A stretch of DNA of 61,325 bases, counting the filler, from Perkinsus olseni (lineage: Eukaryota): NCBI GenBank assembly GCA_013115125.1. It is 7 parts of 7 records of this genome, joined end to end, with 100 filler letters (N's around TTAATTAATTAA, not from the genome) between each part and the next. Parts side by side here need not be neighbours in the genome. Positions count along the whole stretch, not along the records: positions 8,821 to 17,529 come from JABANN010000951.1; positions 17,630 to 26,317 come from JABANN010000952.1; 5 more parts are not named here. One strand, 5' to 3'. Both the position numbers and the translations under genes were made by a program. The notes beneath the pieces were generated by a model. The model did no database searches, was not told the DNA's origin, and saw nothing but the letters and a program-made list of their open reading frames with translations. This document shows, piece after piece, positions 10,912-22,700 of this stretch (the first letter of the stretch is position 1; each line of letters starts with the position of its first letter).

Positions 10912-12333
10912 AAGAACTTGAAGATCTTGAACTCACCCCAGGCTGCGACATTCAGGGCTTGGTTGAGGGGCCCGTTCTGGACGAGGTGCGCGTTCCTCAG
11001 CTTGCTAGACTCCTGCTTAAAACCTTATCTTTTTGCTTCCCGTCTTTACGTTGCTCATCGTGAAAGTCACTGTAGTGCTTTTCTCGCACTTTACGTGTTT
11101 GGTGACATTACCTGAACATAGCGTAACTGGAGAAGATCCTTGTAGTAGCAGAGGCTTGCTGGTTTGATGGTTGTGGCAATTCGGCTATGAAAGGTGGTCT
11201 GGCAAATCTGTAGTGGGGAGCCCCACACAAGCGTTATAAGGAACGCATCGAGTGGTATGAAAGAGCAAGCACGGGAAGTTTGTGATATGTACCAAAGGCG
11301 CCCTATCCAGTTGGAGATGTGACGGGCCGTCACTGACGGCGGCATTAGGAGTTGGTGGGATGCTTTCCGGTAGGCCTCTCTGACGGGATTGCTGCAGGTA
11401 GGAGATGTCTTCCGTGTTATTGGTGGCTCATGGCAGTCTTTTTTCTCAGCTTTTCGAGAAGCAAGAATGTCGCCATCATAGGCTCGACTTGCCCACCGTT
11501 CTGGTCGAAAGTGAAGCTAGGCTAGCTTTGTTAGCCGAGCCACAGGAAGGGATGTCGCGCGCGCCCGAGACGACAGAACCGCCACGTCTCGAGGACACGA
11601 CGCATTGGCCGTCTCCAGTTGTGTGGAAGCGGACTTTCGAGTGTCGATGCGAATAGCATGCTTCTCGTTGACAGGCGATAGGGTTCGATCAGTAAGGTTG
11701 CCTGAGGCAAATTGCCTCTATACTTCGTCTGCATGCTTTTTCTCTTGTTTCAGCTAATCTCTGAGTGGAGTCCTTTACAAGAGAGATCTTCCGCGAGCTC
11801 TCTCCGATACTGCTGGTGGTTGATCCAGAACAGCCGATGGGAATATCGCAGTTCCCTGTTTACAAGTTGGTGAATCGACGAGATGCACTCCTGACAGCAG
11901 GACGCTCGACTGTGACTTTTGAGTTAGCCGCTCGAGTGACCGTGGGGATGTTATTTGCCAGAGCTTCCAGTTTGGTTGCACACGCGCCGTGATTTGGTCT
12001 GCGATGAGTAACAGCGCGTTTCGCTGTGTTGATGTTCTTTCTGTGTTTTCTTGTCAATCATGGTTCATGTGGACTCCACATTGTGGAGTGGCTCTCAGCA
12101 CGTCACATTCTTGCCTGTGCGGTTTCTTTCGGGCGCGCGGTAAGTGGTTCAAAGGATATGCGTGAAACTGCAGGGGACGCGCGCTGGTATTGGATAGGAA
12201 TCTTCTTAGTGAGCTGCCCGCCGCGATGTTGTCCGAGCTCTCACAGGTGTGTGGATTAGCCTCGCTCCGCGAGCTCTTTCTCGGATCATTTACGGAGCGT
12301 TATCGCTGATGTGTTGCAGCTTTTGGTTCCATC

Positions 12334-13272
12334 ATGGCCTCCAACAAGCAATCCGCGGAGCTCTCGTTCGTGAACAAGTATCCCATCCTGGTAGACTGGG
12401 CCGCTGGTGGTACGGCTGCTGGTATTTCTAAGACCCTTGTTGCCCCCATTGAGCGTGTGAAGATGCTCCTACAGACTCAGGACTCCAACCCCGACATTCA
12501 GTCGGGTAAGGTCGCTCGTTACACCGGTATTGGCAATTGTTTCAGCCGAGTTGCCAGCGAGCAGGGCTTCTGGACACTCTGGCGTGGTAACATGGCCAAC
12601 GTTATCCGTTACTTCCCCACACAAGCCTTCAACTTCGCCTTCAAGGACACCTTCAAGCGGATGTTCCCCAAGTACAACCCCAAGACCGAGTTCTGGCCGT
12701 TCTTCGCCACCAACCTTGCCTCTGGCGGTATGGCCGGCGCCGCATCGCTGTGTATAGTCTATCCTCTCGACTTCGCTCGTACCCGTCTCGCCGCTGATGT
12801 AGGCAAAGGTGCCGACAGGGAGTTCACCGGCCTTTGGAACTGCCTCTCCAAGACTGCTAGCCGCACTGGCTTCGGATCTCTCTATCAAGGCTTCGGTGTC
12901 TCTGTTCAAGGAATCATCGTCTACCGTGGCGCCTACTTCGGGTTGTACGACTCTGCCAAGGGTGCTCTCTTCGAAGATGAAAAAAAGGCCAACATAATTT
13001 TCAAATGGATGGTTGCCCAGACTGTCACTGCGGCTTCCGGTGTGGTTTCCTATCCCTTCGATACAGTCCGTAGACGCATGATGATGATGGCTGGCCGTAA
13101 GGGAGGCGACGCTATACAGTATACCGGTACCATGGACTGCTGGAGGAAGGTATACCAACAAGAGGGTGTTAACGGCTTCTTCAAGGGTGCCTTCTCTAAC
13201 GTTCTCCGTGGTGCTGGTGCTGCCCTGGTGTTGGTCATGTACGATGAAGTCAAGAAGGTTATTTATGCCTAA
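12334..13272 (+). CDS. AAC: Mitochondrial ADP/ATP carrier (SLC25 family), copy 1, intronless
   Basis: [33 protein letters not shown] and the RRRMMM signature; 312 aa. Confidence 0.98.
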   Translation: MASNKQSAELSFVNKYPILVDWAAGGTAAGISKTLVAPIERVKMLLQTQDSNPDIQSGKVARYTGIGNCFSRVASEQGFWTLWRGNMANVIRYFPTQAFNFAFKDTFKRMFPKYNPKTEFWPFFATNLASGGMAGAASLCIVYPLDFARTRLAADVGKGADREFTGLWNCLSKTASRTGFGSLYQGFGVSVQGIIVYRGAYFGLYDSAKGALFEDEKKANIIFKWMVAQTVTAASGVVSYPFDTVRRRMMMMAGRKGGDAIQYTGTMDCWRKVYQQEGVNGFFKGAFSNVLRGAGAALVLVMYDEVKKVIYA

Positions 13273-14110
13273 GTCTGTAGCCATCTTTTTTCGACAAATC
13301 GCCGCTCAAGTTAAGTGAAGATTTCGTCGTAATTGAAGACGCTTCGCGGTGATGGCAACGTGAATGTGAGTGAATAGCCAGTTCTGTTGTGTTGGCAGTG
13401 AGGTGTGAGCTGATCGGTGAAACCGCCCACCCGAATGTCACGGAGTGTCAAGTTGACACTGTCAATAGCTCGAGTTCATACAGTATACATCCTAAGTTGG
13501 CTCGATCGGTTTCGCTTCCATGGCTTGCGGAAAATGTATGGATATTAGAAGTCACGCTAGTAACTACGACTTGACAGCTTATGGAGGAGCGAGCTGCACA
13601 TCGATGTGATAAACGAAAAATACTTCACCTTTGCGGACGTCAAGCAACAGGGGCACTTGCAAGTACCTCGTCAATCATCCTCGACACGAAATCCGTTGCA
13701 CCGGGTCGAGAAAAATAATCTCTTCCGCCGGGCTCTCGAGGAGATGTAACAGCAGAAGGTGAGCGAGCATCGCCTTTGGATTCATCCTGTGTTATCATAG
13801 ATACTGAGCGGGGCATGAAATGAAAAGGCTCGCCAATTTGATCATGTTTATATTGCGAAGATACTTTGACGATTAGTCTGAACGTTGGCGACGATGAGGG
13901 CGGACGAATTCCTCGTACGCTATGGGGCCTCTCGGTCGGATTCGAAGAATACTTTGGTAACACAACTGAGAATAAGCATGAAATGCTTACACATTGTACC
14001 ATCTGCGTTCGTAATAATAAAGCCATAAATACACGGGATCCTACCAGTATCTTCAAAAAGAAGGATTGACGAGTGATTGACACGCGTAGCAAAAAATCAA
14101 TGGCGGACTC

Positions 14111-15049
14111 CTAACCGTAGATAATCTTCTTGACTTCGTCGTAGAGGACAAGTACGAGAGCAGCGCCAGCACCACGGAGAACGTTAGAGAAGGCCCCCTT
14201 GAAGAAGCCATTGACACCCTCTTGTTGATATACCTTCTTCCAGCAGTCCAACGTGCCAGAATACTGTATAGCGTCGCCTCCCTTACGGCCAGCCATCATC
14301 ATCATTCGTCTACGGACTGTATCGAAGGGATAGGAGATAACACCAGAAGCCGCAGTGACAGTCTGGGCAACCACGAACTTGAGGATGATATTGGCCTTCT
14401 TCTCATCGGCAAAAATGACGCTCTTGAGGGAGTCGTACAACCCAAAGTAAGCCCCGCGGTAGACGATAATTCCTTGAACGGACACACCGAAACCTTGATA
14501 GAGGGAAAAATATCCAGTGCGGCTAGCAGTCTTGGAGAGGCAGTTCCAAAGGCCGGTGAACTCCCTGTCGGCGCCTTTGCCTACATCAGCGGCGAGACGG
14601 GTACGAGCAAAGTCGAGAGGGTAGACGATACATAGCGATGCGGCGCCGGCCATACCGCCCGAAGCGACGTTCGCCCCGAAAAAGTACCAGAATTGTGTCT
14701 TAGGGTCGTACTTGGGGAACATCCGTTTGAAGGTGTCCTTGAAGGCGAAGTTGAAGGCCTGCGTGGGGAAGTAACGGATCACGTTGGCCATGTTACCACG
14801 CCAGAGCGTCCAGAAGCCCTGCTCGCTAGCAACTCGGCTGAAACAATTGCCAATACCGGTGTAACGAGCGACCTTGCCCGACTGAATGTCGGGGTTGGAG
14901 TCCTGAGTCTGTAGAAGCATCTTCACGCGCTCAATGGGGGCAACAAGGGTCTTAGAAATACCAGCAGCCGTACCACCAGCGGCCCAGTCTACCAGGATGG
15001 GATACTTGTTCACGAACGAGAGCTCCGCGGATTGCTTGTCGGCAGACAT
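14111..15049 (-). CDS. AAC: Mitochondrial ADP/ATP carrier, copy 2, intronless, convergent with copy 1
   Basis: Same motifs, including RRRMMM; 312 aa. Confidence 0.98.
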   Translation of the reverse strand: MSADKQSAELSFVNKYPILVDWAAGGTAAGISKTLVAPIERVKMLLQTQDSNPDIQSGKVARYTGIGNCFSRVASEQGFWTLWRGNMANVIRYFPTQAFNFAFKDTFKRMFPKYDPKTQFWYFFGANVASGGMAGAASLCIVYPLDFARTRLAADVGKGADREFTGLWNCLSKTASRTGYFSLYQGFGVSVQGIIVYRGAYFGLYDSLKSVIFADEKKANIILKFVVAQTVTAASGVISYPFDTVRRRMMMMAGRKGGDAIQYSGTLDCWKKVYQQEGVNGFFKGAFSNVLRGAGAALVLVLYDEVKKIIYG

Positions 15050-15965
15050 TGAAGAAAAAAGATGTAATTGAAGCTGAAGACAAGTAACGTGGTGGGGTAG
15101 CTGTCGGTGAACAGCTCATATGCAGCCCCGAAGGGAAATGAGCCCCAGCGGCTCTTCGCAAGTTGCGAATCGCAACTGAGCGCGCAGCGCTTAAGGGTGA
15201 AGCTCTCGGACGGCCGAAGTGTAGAGTCTGTGCCCTAGCCTATGGTTGCATTAACGTCCACATTCCTAATTTCTTCGTAAACCTTGAGCTCACGTGCTGG
15301 GAGTTGATGGAGCTCACAACATTTCGGGCGAGCGCCAACCACATGTGTTCGCGTACGTCCATCACGGCCCACGTTTTCTATTGAGTGATCACCAACATGG
15401 TAAGTCAGGGTCGCTTTGAGTGGAGATTGAACAACAAGTAATGGTAGGTGTTCTCGTCAGTACACGCGCGTCCTGGGAGAACGGTGGCCATGATATTAAG
15501 ATGAAGAAGGAGCGCTTGGCTAAAGGCGTAGACTCGGGACCCATAGTAGGCGACTTTCAGATTCCTTTCTTTAATACACCAAGCGACTGACTTTCCAGCG
15601 GCACCCACAACGGGCATTCTACTGGTTGTATTCACTCGTTTGCGGCCATCTGGATGCCCGCTCGTGGAATCGAGCTCGAGTCTTTTGAAGCGTTCTTGGC
15701 CTACCGGTGTACTCTCAGCGTCCGCCAAAATATCGTGTACTACTGTCGTTTCCGAGCCCAAGAGAACCCAAGTCGGTCAGCGTGTCCGTCTTGTCTCTCC
15801 GCTTTATTTAGGATTACGTAGACAACTGATGAATCGACACATAAGAGCTGGATAAACACTCAGAGCCGTGCAAGGGAGGGAAGTGGATGATAGAGATTTC
15901 TGGGCGAAGTGTTGGAACAGCAGGAGAATAGTGATAATAACTGATACATGAAACAACATCAACCA

Positions 15966-16988
15966 TCAGCTGGAGCCATTATTAGGACCATCATCAAGTA
16001 GGGGGGATGAGTTCTGCGTTGAATCCACCCGATACAGCATTTGCTCCTCTCCGTAACCCTTCATCAGCAGGTCGCCAACGTCCGTCGGGCAAATAGTGAT
16101 CGCCACTGTTTTTAATTTGAAACAACCGGGTATGTAGTTAGCTTCGGCCGATGCCACCAAGTCGTCTTCAAGCGTGGTTCCAAGGTTCCAACCATTAACG
16201 TGCGAGGTGAACATAGCACGTTGGCGTCCATCAGCCCCAGTTGTTATAGACAATATTGTCAGATTACCAACATAGGTGCCATCCTTAATGCCATCTACTG
16301 CTAGCTTATTAGACACACCGTCATCACCAGGCTGAGACATGGCGGCAACGTGAGCTATTCTCCGTAAGAGTGACGAGGCTGCTCTATAACCACCTTGAGC
16401 CCCTTGATAGGTGAGAAACACGGGCGAGCCGAAGTCCTTATAACCCCCGCACTTCCTCGCGACGGCATGCAAATAGAGAACCAATTGAGGATTGTCTCGC
16501 GTGGAAGTCAGCGTCGTGCATAGCAAGGTTCTATACACTGTAGCGTTCCTTTCGAGGATCCGGGTCTGTAACCCCCTTCTGAAACCATTAGACAAGTAGT
16601 AGCACTTCGCGAGCCCCAGTGTTTCCAGCGGCTTCTGGAAGGAGGAGCGTCGTAGCTCGAAAAAATCCCGCTCGACTTCCTCTGTCTCCTGTAACTCGTT
16701 TACGGAGAATAACCTCGCGTTGGCCCTGTTGGGAGTGTAATTGATCACCACAGTCGTATTGGTCTTCCCCAGCTCGGCTGGAATGGAGTTGGACTTGTAC
16801 CTTCCGGGCGGCACATCAACTGGAGATGGCAAAATTCCGCGTTTACGCCCTCCGGGTTGTCTAGTAACTAGACAACCCGGAGAGCGTAAACGCGGAATTT
16901 TGACTCTAGTTGCAGAACCAAACGAAGTGGCGAAGAGGAATCCGACTGATAGGAAGCACCCAATACTGATATGATGTCTGAAAAACAT
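15966..16988 (-). CDS. Secreted orphan protein (340 aa) with PPGRY and GTYVG motifs
   Basis: Long ORF with a signal-peptide-like start (MFFRHHISIGCFLSVGFLFATSFG); the PPGxY motif is shared with the 33540-34741 protein. Confidence 0.75.
   Translation of the reverse strand: MFFRHHISIGCFLSVGFLFATSFGSATRVKIPRLRSPGCLVTRQPGGRKRGILPSPVDVPPGRYKSNSIPAELGKTNTTVVINYTPNRANARLFSVNELQETEEVERDFFELRRSSFQKPLETLGLAKCYYLSNGFRRGLQTRILERNATVYRTLLCTTLTSTRDNPQLVLYLHAVARKCGGYKDFGSPVFLTYQGAQGGYRAASSLLRRIAHVAAMSQPGDDGVSNKLAVDGIKDGTYVGNLTILSITTGADGRQRAMFTSHVNGWNLGTTLEDDLVASAEANYIPGCFKLKTVAITICPTDVGDLLMKGYGEEQMLYRVDSTQNSSPLLDDGPNNGSS
16830..16902. repeat. 73-nt palindrome inside the CDS (35-bp arms, 1 mismatch, 3-nt loop)
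   Basis: CAAAATTCCGCGTTTACGCCCTCCGGGTTGTCTAG-TAA-CTAGACAACCCGGAGAGCGTAAACGCGGAATTTTG. Confidence 0.97.
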
Positions 16989-18301
16989 TACAGGATGAGC
17001 AGGGAACTGTACGAAAGTGGCTCTCCATCGCGATGAGCTGCCTAGTCCGGACTGGTGATCAGTTAAAAAGTGCCGAGTTCGCCATTGAGCTCAATCGAGC
17101 AGCAGTGGTTACGATCCCCAAAAGGAGACGAGACACTGACGGCCAAAGGGTCAGGACGAGCGAGATCTCACTATTCTTGGCTCGCGCGGTGTTCTCTTCG
17201 CACGCCTTGTTCTCAAGGCTTGATGTGGTTCATAGATTTCATTAGATTCTAGACCGTGTTCATCAGCCATTACTACACCATTCCCAGACCTACTTAGTAA
17301 AACCCCAAAGCCGTTTCGTCAGCACGCGAGACGCATCCGGAATCGATCCCCCGCGAAGCCTGGGGACTCCAGCCGTGAGTGGCGGGAGAGGCGGTAGAAC
17401 GAAGTCAGAGTACCTCCCGCCGTACTGTGAGATGTTGCTCCGAAAAGATGTTGAAGCGATTCTCTTCTCGCGCCACAAGTGATCAGCCATCATCTGCAAG
17501 GTGGCCTGGGGGTTAGCCTCCACGAAGGANNNNNNNNNNNNNNNNNNNNNNNNNNNNNNNNNNNNNNNNNNNNTTAATTAATTAANNNNNNNNNNNNNNN
17601 NNNNNNNNNNNNNNNNNNNNNNNNNNNNNGTACTAAGTTGACAGTTTGGAACGTACTCCGTACCGTACTTTCCTCGACCCCAGTACGGTTGCCCAGCTCT
17701 ATCTTACATCAATTCCTTAGTGCGCTCGATATGGAACTGCCAAACATTTCCCCCTTGTTCGAGCGTTAACCATAGTCCTATGCTCTGCTGGGCCTTGCTC
17801 AGGGCACACTCACGTTGCGTTCGTGGAGCACGCTGTCACGACAGGGACGTCACGTCCCGGACATGTACTCACTCTTAGGAAGTACAACGAGGAATCGTCA
17901 TCCAATCACTTCCCCGGCGGCGCACTGCATTCAAATCTTCACTTCGGTCATTCTTTTGCCGGTTTGTCCCTCTAAGCCATCAGCTGATGCACGCCACCGC
18001 GTGGCGGTCGAGCGCATCTCCTGATCGGGAGTGAGCTCATAATATGAAAAAATTCTCTGCAGACATCACTAATCCCACTTTGCCGGAGCACTGTCCATGG
18101 GTGTCAGTTAACGCTAACCCTGGCTTGCTGTTGAGTAACTCAATTTGAGCTACTGTTAAGAGACTGGGTAATTTAGAATACAACATCTGGGTTTTGCCAT
18201 CTGGAAATCTATCGTTCATACTAAGGGAACACTTTTTTCTGCATTGCACAACACTATAGACTGCGCGCTTCAACCAAAGATTCTCCTTGTCCACGTAAGA
18301 T

Positions 18302-19605
18302 ATGTCGACTGAAGGAAGTCCTACTAAGCCGATCACCCCTGGTGTCGAGCCTTCAGTCTCGGGCAACACCTTCGACGTGGGCCTGCATAGGGAGGACAAT
18401 CTCTTCATGGCCAGACTCAGCGAGGCCTCCGAGAGGCACGTGACCACCCCCTCTTTAACAAGTCCCTACGCCTGCGTCTAGCAGGTACGATGATATGGTT
18501 CATCACATGGCATTGGTCGCTAAGATGGGGCTAGAGCTGAGTACCGAGGAGCGGGCACTCTTCAGCGCTGCCTTCAAAAACGCTGTCGGTAGGGGGTTGC
18601 TCATCCTTCCTTCGTACCCGCGATGGGTGATGGTAGGAGCCAGAAGGCAAGCTTGGCGGGCCCTCACTATGCTGGAGCAGAAGGAGAAGCTCAGAGGTGG
18701 ACTCAGAGTCGATCATGATCCGGGAGACTTCCGCACATTCAGGGGAGACTGTTGAGAAGTCGATAAAGGCGTACCGTGCTGTGATCGAGGAGGAGATCAG
18801 AATCCTTTGCCACAAGATTTTGGACCTCCTCACCAAAGGCACTTGCTGCTCGCCTTTGCCGTATATGCGTGTCCCTGTTCAGAGGTGTTGCCCCTGGCGA
18901 CTGGCGCGGAGTCGAAGGTCTTCCTTCATAAACTGCACGGTGACTATTGCCGGTAGGCCATCCCTCTGTTCAGGAAAGTAATTCTGAAACCCAGAATCGA
19001 TTCTGGGATTGATTTATACGCGTAAAATGGGGTTCCAAAATGGACTCTGAGTTTCAGAAGTAGTTCGCTCAACGCTCTCATACCGCTTCTGAAGTCGATA
19101 GTGCCAGAGGATCCACAGGTACCTCACAGAGTTCGAGCCCGGTGCTCCCCAAGGCAAGCATGCGCAACTTGCTGAGGACGCCCACGACAGCTACAAGTAT
19201 GGTGGGGTGTCTTCAGCCCACTGAAACGTTGACCCTCAGACTAGCCTCGGATATCGCCCTGAACGACCTGCCCCCCACCAACCCCGTCCGTCTCGGCCTG
19301 GCCCTCAACTTCAGTGTCTTCTACTATGAGGTACGCTGAGCATCCTGAGAGCGGTCTATCGCGGCGCCTGTCAGGTTTTGAACTCTCCTGAACGGGCCTG
19401 CCTCTTGGCCAAGGCTGCCTTCGATGACGCCATATCAGCTATGGACAATCTCGAGGATGATGAGTGGGCCGAGTCGGCTGAGCTTCCCCGACTGGAGTGC
19501 TACTGTAGGTACCAGGACTCAGCCTCGATCATGCAGCTCCTTCGAGACAATCTCACCTTATGGACTGCTGATATGCAGGAAGCCTCTGATCACCATGTCA
19601 ACTGA
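18302..19605 (+). CDS. 14-3-3 protein, 9 exons (two GC-AG introns)
   Basis: Spliced translation [20 protein letters not shown]...[14 protein letters not shown]...[10 protein letters not shown]...[21 protein letters not shown]...[10 protein letters not shown]...[15 protein letters not shown] donors at 18436 and 18839. Confidence 0.95.
18968..19073. mobile_element. ~105-bp MITE-like insert in a 14-3-3 intron (intron 18953-19118)
   Basis: Imperfect 28-bp TIRs (GTTCAGGAAAGTAATTCTGAAACCCAGA / TCTGAGTTTCAGAAGTAGTTCGCTCAAC) and internal palindrome CCCAGAATCGATTCTGGG; related copy at 4233-4297 (minus). Confidence 0.65.
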
Positions 19606-19767
19606 TATTACTACCACCCCAACGGGTGTCTCTGCCACTGCTCGAGTCGTGTTCACATCGATGACAACACACGTCCGTAGAACTGGTTGAGCCTCGCGCT
19701 AGCCCAGCGTGTCGAGGTCCCCCTGGCAAGCCTCGGAGGGCACTAGAAGGCAGTCCGCTATTCTAAC

Positions 19768-22700
19768 ATGTCGAGTAACGTTGATGCCATCTGGGCTGAG
19801 ATGCAGCAACAGTGGAAGGCCTCTTCTAAGAAGACTGCCCAGCAAGACTCACATAGCGCGACTCTGCCCGTCTTCGCCAAGAAGCGTGATAAGAAGCCTC
19901 GAAGGGCGAAAGAGATGAGCCTGTGGATGAGTGGGTCTCACGAACCCTGCTCGAGTATTGTGCAACTTGCAGACGGCGGTACCGCTGCCAAGGGTTCGTC
20001 CGGCAGAGTCCTTTACGATGCGTTCGCGACTAAGGGCGAGATAGAAAACTGTGCCGACGACAACCATGACGGCGCTGGGCCGAGAAACGCTGATGGGGTA
20101 GCGACTTGGCCATCAGCCAAGTACTTCCCTACCCCAATGACGTTGTGATTCCCTCAGGACATGAGCAACGACAGCAGGAAGAGCTTCAGCTCGGTACATT
20201 GGGTCCTGGGGTACTCCCTGTAAGTTGTCTTTCCAGGTGCCTGCCATGGTGGACTGGCTGCATACCGCGGTCCCACTGGTTCTTGTGGCAGCCGAACATC
20301 GAGAGGTACCGCCTCACTGAGTGATGCTCTGAGAGATATCTTAGCTTTATTAGGGCATCGAGCAGGCCCAGCCAGTTGACCTTGACGAGCAGCTCAACGA
20401 CAGGCTCCTCAGTCGCTTCCATGCTTGCACCGCGCCCGACCTGGCCGACGCAGCGCTTGAGGTTGATACTCGCTCTCTGTCGAGGGAACGCCCCACTCCC
20501 CCGTAGTTCCTCCTCCGTCCACTCGTACGCCTCTGTCTGAGTCCGGAGACCTCCGCCAGGGATACCTCGAGGCTGGCTGCTTGCAGGGTGCGCCTCTCGT
20601 GCCGTCCCCTCAGGGATGAGGTCCTGCCAGGTTCTCGCGAATCTCTTGTCCAGCTGCGGCGACGCTCATCTCGTGACCACCGTCCCGTGAGAAAGATCAT
20701 CATCCACCCTCTTCTCCGGAGGGCATCTCATAGTTACCTGGTGCCCTACTTGGTGACGCGCCTCAACTGCGGCGACCTCGATGGCGTTGCTGGAGTGCCG
20801 GAGAAGATGAGACCCCTGCCAGAGCAGAAGCCACAGCAAATGGCTCGGGCGGATGGTCGAGAGGTCTGTGAGGAAGCCAGAGAAGAAATTGCCGAATTGG
20901 TGAGTACTCGCTGTTGCATCGAGTGCGAGGCCTGCCCAGGTTATGTGCCTGCTCGGCCGAGTGTCCGGGAAGCCCACAGTCCTCGTGCAAGTCAGTCCGA
21001 GGTTGCCGCAGCTGTCGATCGATACCTACTCCTATTCAGTCCATTGATGAGATTGTTAGTCTGGTGAGGGGCCTCATGCTGGACGACTTCGGCAAGATCA
21101 AACTGATAGGGTGCGAGGCTTGCGAGGTCCTCTGCGACGCCCATGCTCCTCTGCTGGTGAGCGCCCCCAGCTTCCTCACTGCGTCCACGACCGCCTCAGT
21201 TGCACTTTGGCGAGTCCATGGCTCGGAGTGCCTCTTCCTGCTTGACACACAACCACATGCAGGTCCTCCCCCTCTTCCCTTGTGTGCCGCTCCCGGCTCT
21301 CGGTATCTCGTCTAGGTTCGGATCGCTGGTCTAAGGGCAGTGACAGCCTGCCTCAAGACCACCACCTGGAAGCACTCCTTCGACATCATCGCCCACCTCA
21401 CAGCTTGGAGTGACCCCAACCAGGCATCATTGGGGATCTGTTGCTCTCCTTGAGAAGCGCATTTCAGGTTCCTGTGAAAGCCTTTTACGAGGGCACCACC
21501 AAGGTCAACTACCTCACCATGTTGTGCTTCGATCGACACATAGCGGTGCGCTACGGTAAATGCCGTCGGCCTCTACGCTCGGGCAGGTACGGCGATTTTT
21601 CTATCAAACTCTCGGCCACTGGCTGCTCAACTTGGAGGACTCCATCGACATCGAGCCTCATGTGACTCCATCCGTTCTTCCTCTTGTTGCCCTGCCCTCA
21701 TGTTCAGGTTATGCCGTTCTTCCTTACCGGCCTCTTCGACGATGACTACTCCACGAGAATCCTCGTATTCGCTCTCATAGAGAAGGTCGGGGAGAAATAT
21801 GAAAGTGAGTGTTGCCTCCCGTGAGTCCCGCTCATTCATCCGTCACGATCCAACAGCTCCGTCGTCCTGGTCGAGATTATGTGAGGCTTTCTACAATCTT
21901 TGAACTGGTATTAGCGTCTCGAGATTTTCCAGGGTGTTCGATACAGAGCCACTATCGTTTGAAAAACCGAGAGGCCTCATACTTGAGAGCTCATCATCTT
22001 CTCAGAGATGAACGAGGTTGACCTTCGGGAGAAGCGGCAGCTCGGCTTGGATGCAGCATGGACTTACGACGGCCGGGCATCCGACGTACGGCTACTCGGG
22101 AGTACCCATGGGAGCATGAGTCTCAGATACCCTTTCTCCCTCTGGTTCATGGTGTGCATCATGAGCTCGTCTCAGCGGCTACTCTGTTCGATATCAAAGA
22201 CTACGACTGGCCCTTCATGGCGGAGCTGGTCACCAGTGATCGGGTTGCAGAGATCGCGAAGACTGTTGCTGCTGGCAAGGTGCCTTCAACGGTGTGGGGC
22301 CTCTTTTATACCATTCTGATTTCGATAAGCGCTCTGTGAGTGGCAGGCAGGTATTCCTCGGTCGTACTGTATGGATTACATCAGCTGCTCTGAAAGGCGG
22401 CAACACCTTCTGCCCTGCGCAGCAGAGAATTGCTGCCGAGCACTCCGCAGTGTCCCAGTTTCATCCGCTATCGTTCCAACGTCGAGGCTCTTCATTGTGT
22501 TCAGCCGGTGCCGAGGCCCCGACTTGGTGCGAGGTGTTGGGTCAGGATCTCAGCCAGAAGATTCATTCTGGCCACGCTCAATCAAGTGACTGACTTCAAG
22601 GAATGTACGCGCTCCCTCGGCTGAATGTCCGACCGGCTGTGCTTGGGTCGTTCAGGCTCGTCGCTGATGTGTTGCTGTGTCCTCGACAGGTAACGCATTG

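Noticed and set aside
12469..13284. 271-aa antisense ORF over AAC copy 1, and similar shadow ORFs over DHHC, Smr and ThrH
   Set aside because: Antisense shadows of codon-biased real genes, with no independent motifs.
13277..13310. GTAGCCATCTT...GCTCAAG resembling the Perkinsus/dinoflagellate spliced leader
   Set aside because: The two halves are separated by 16 extra nt, the match lies in a 3' UTR, and no SL-RNA context is evident. Probably chance.
16820..16904. Palindrome bounded by GT...CAG on the coding strand as an intron
   Set aside because: Removing these 85 nt shifts the frame to an early stop, whereas the unspliced frame is open and keeps the PPGRY motif.
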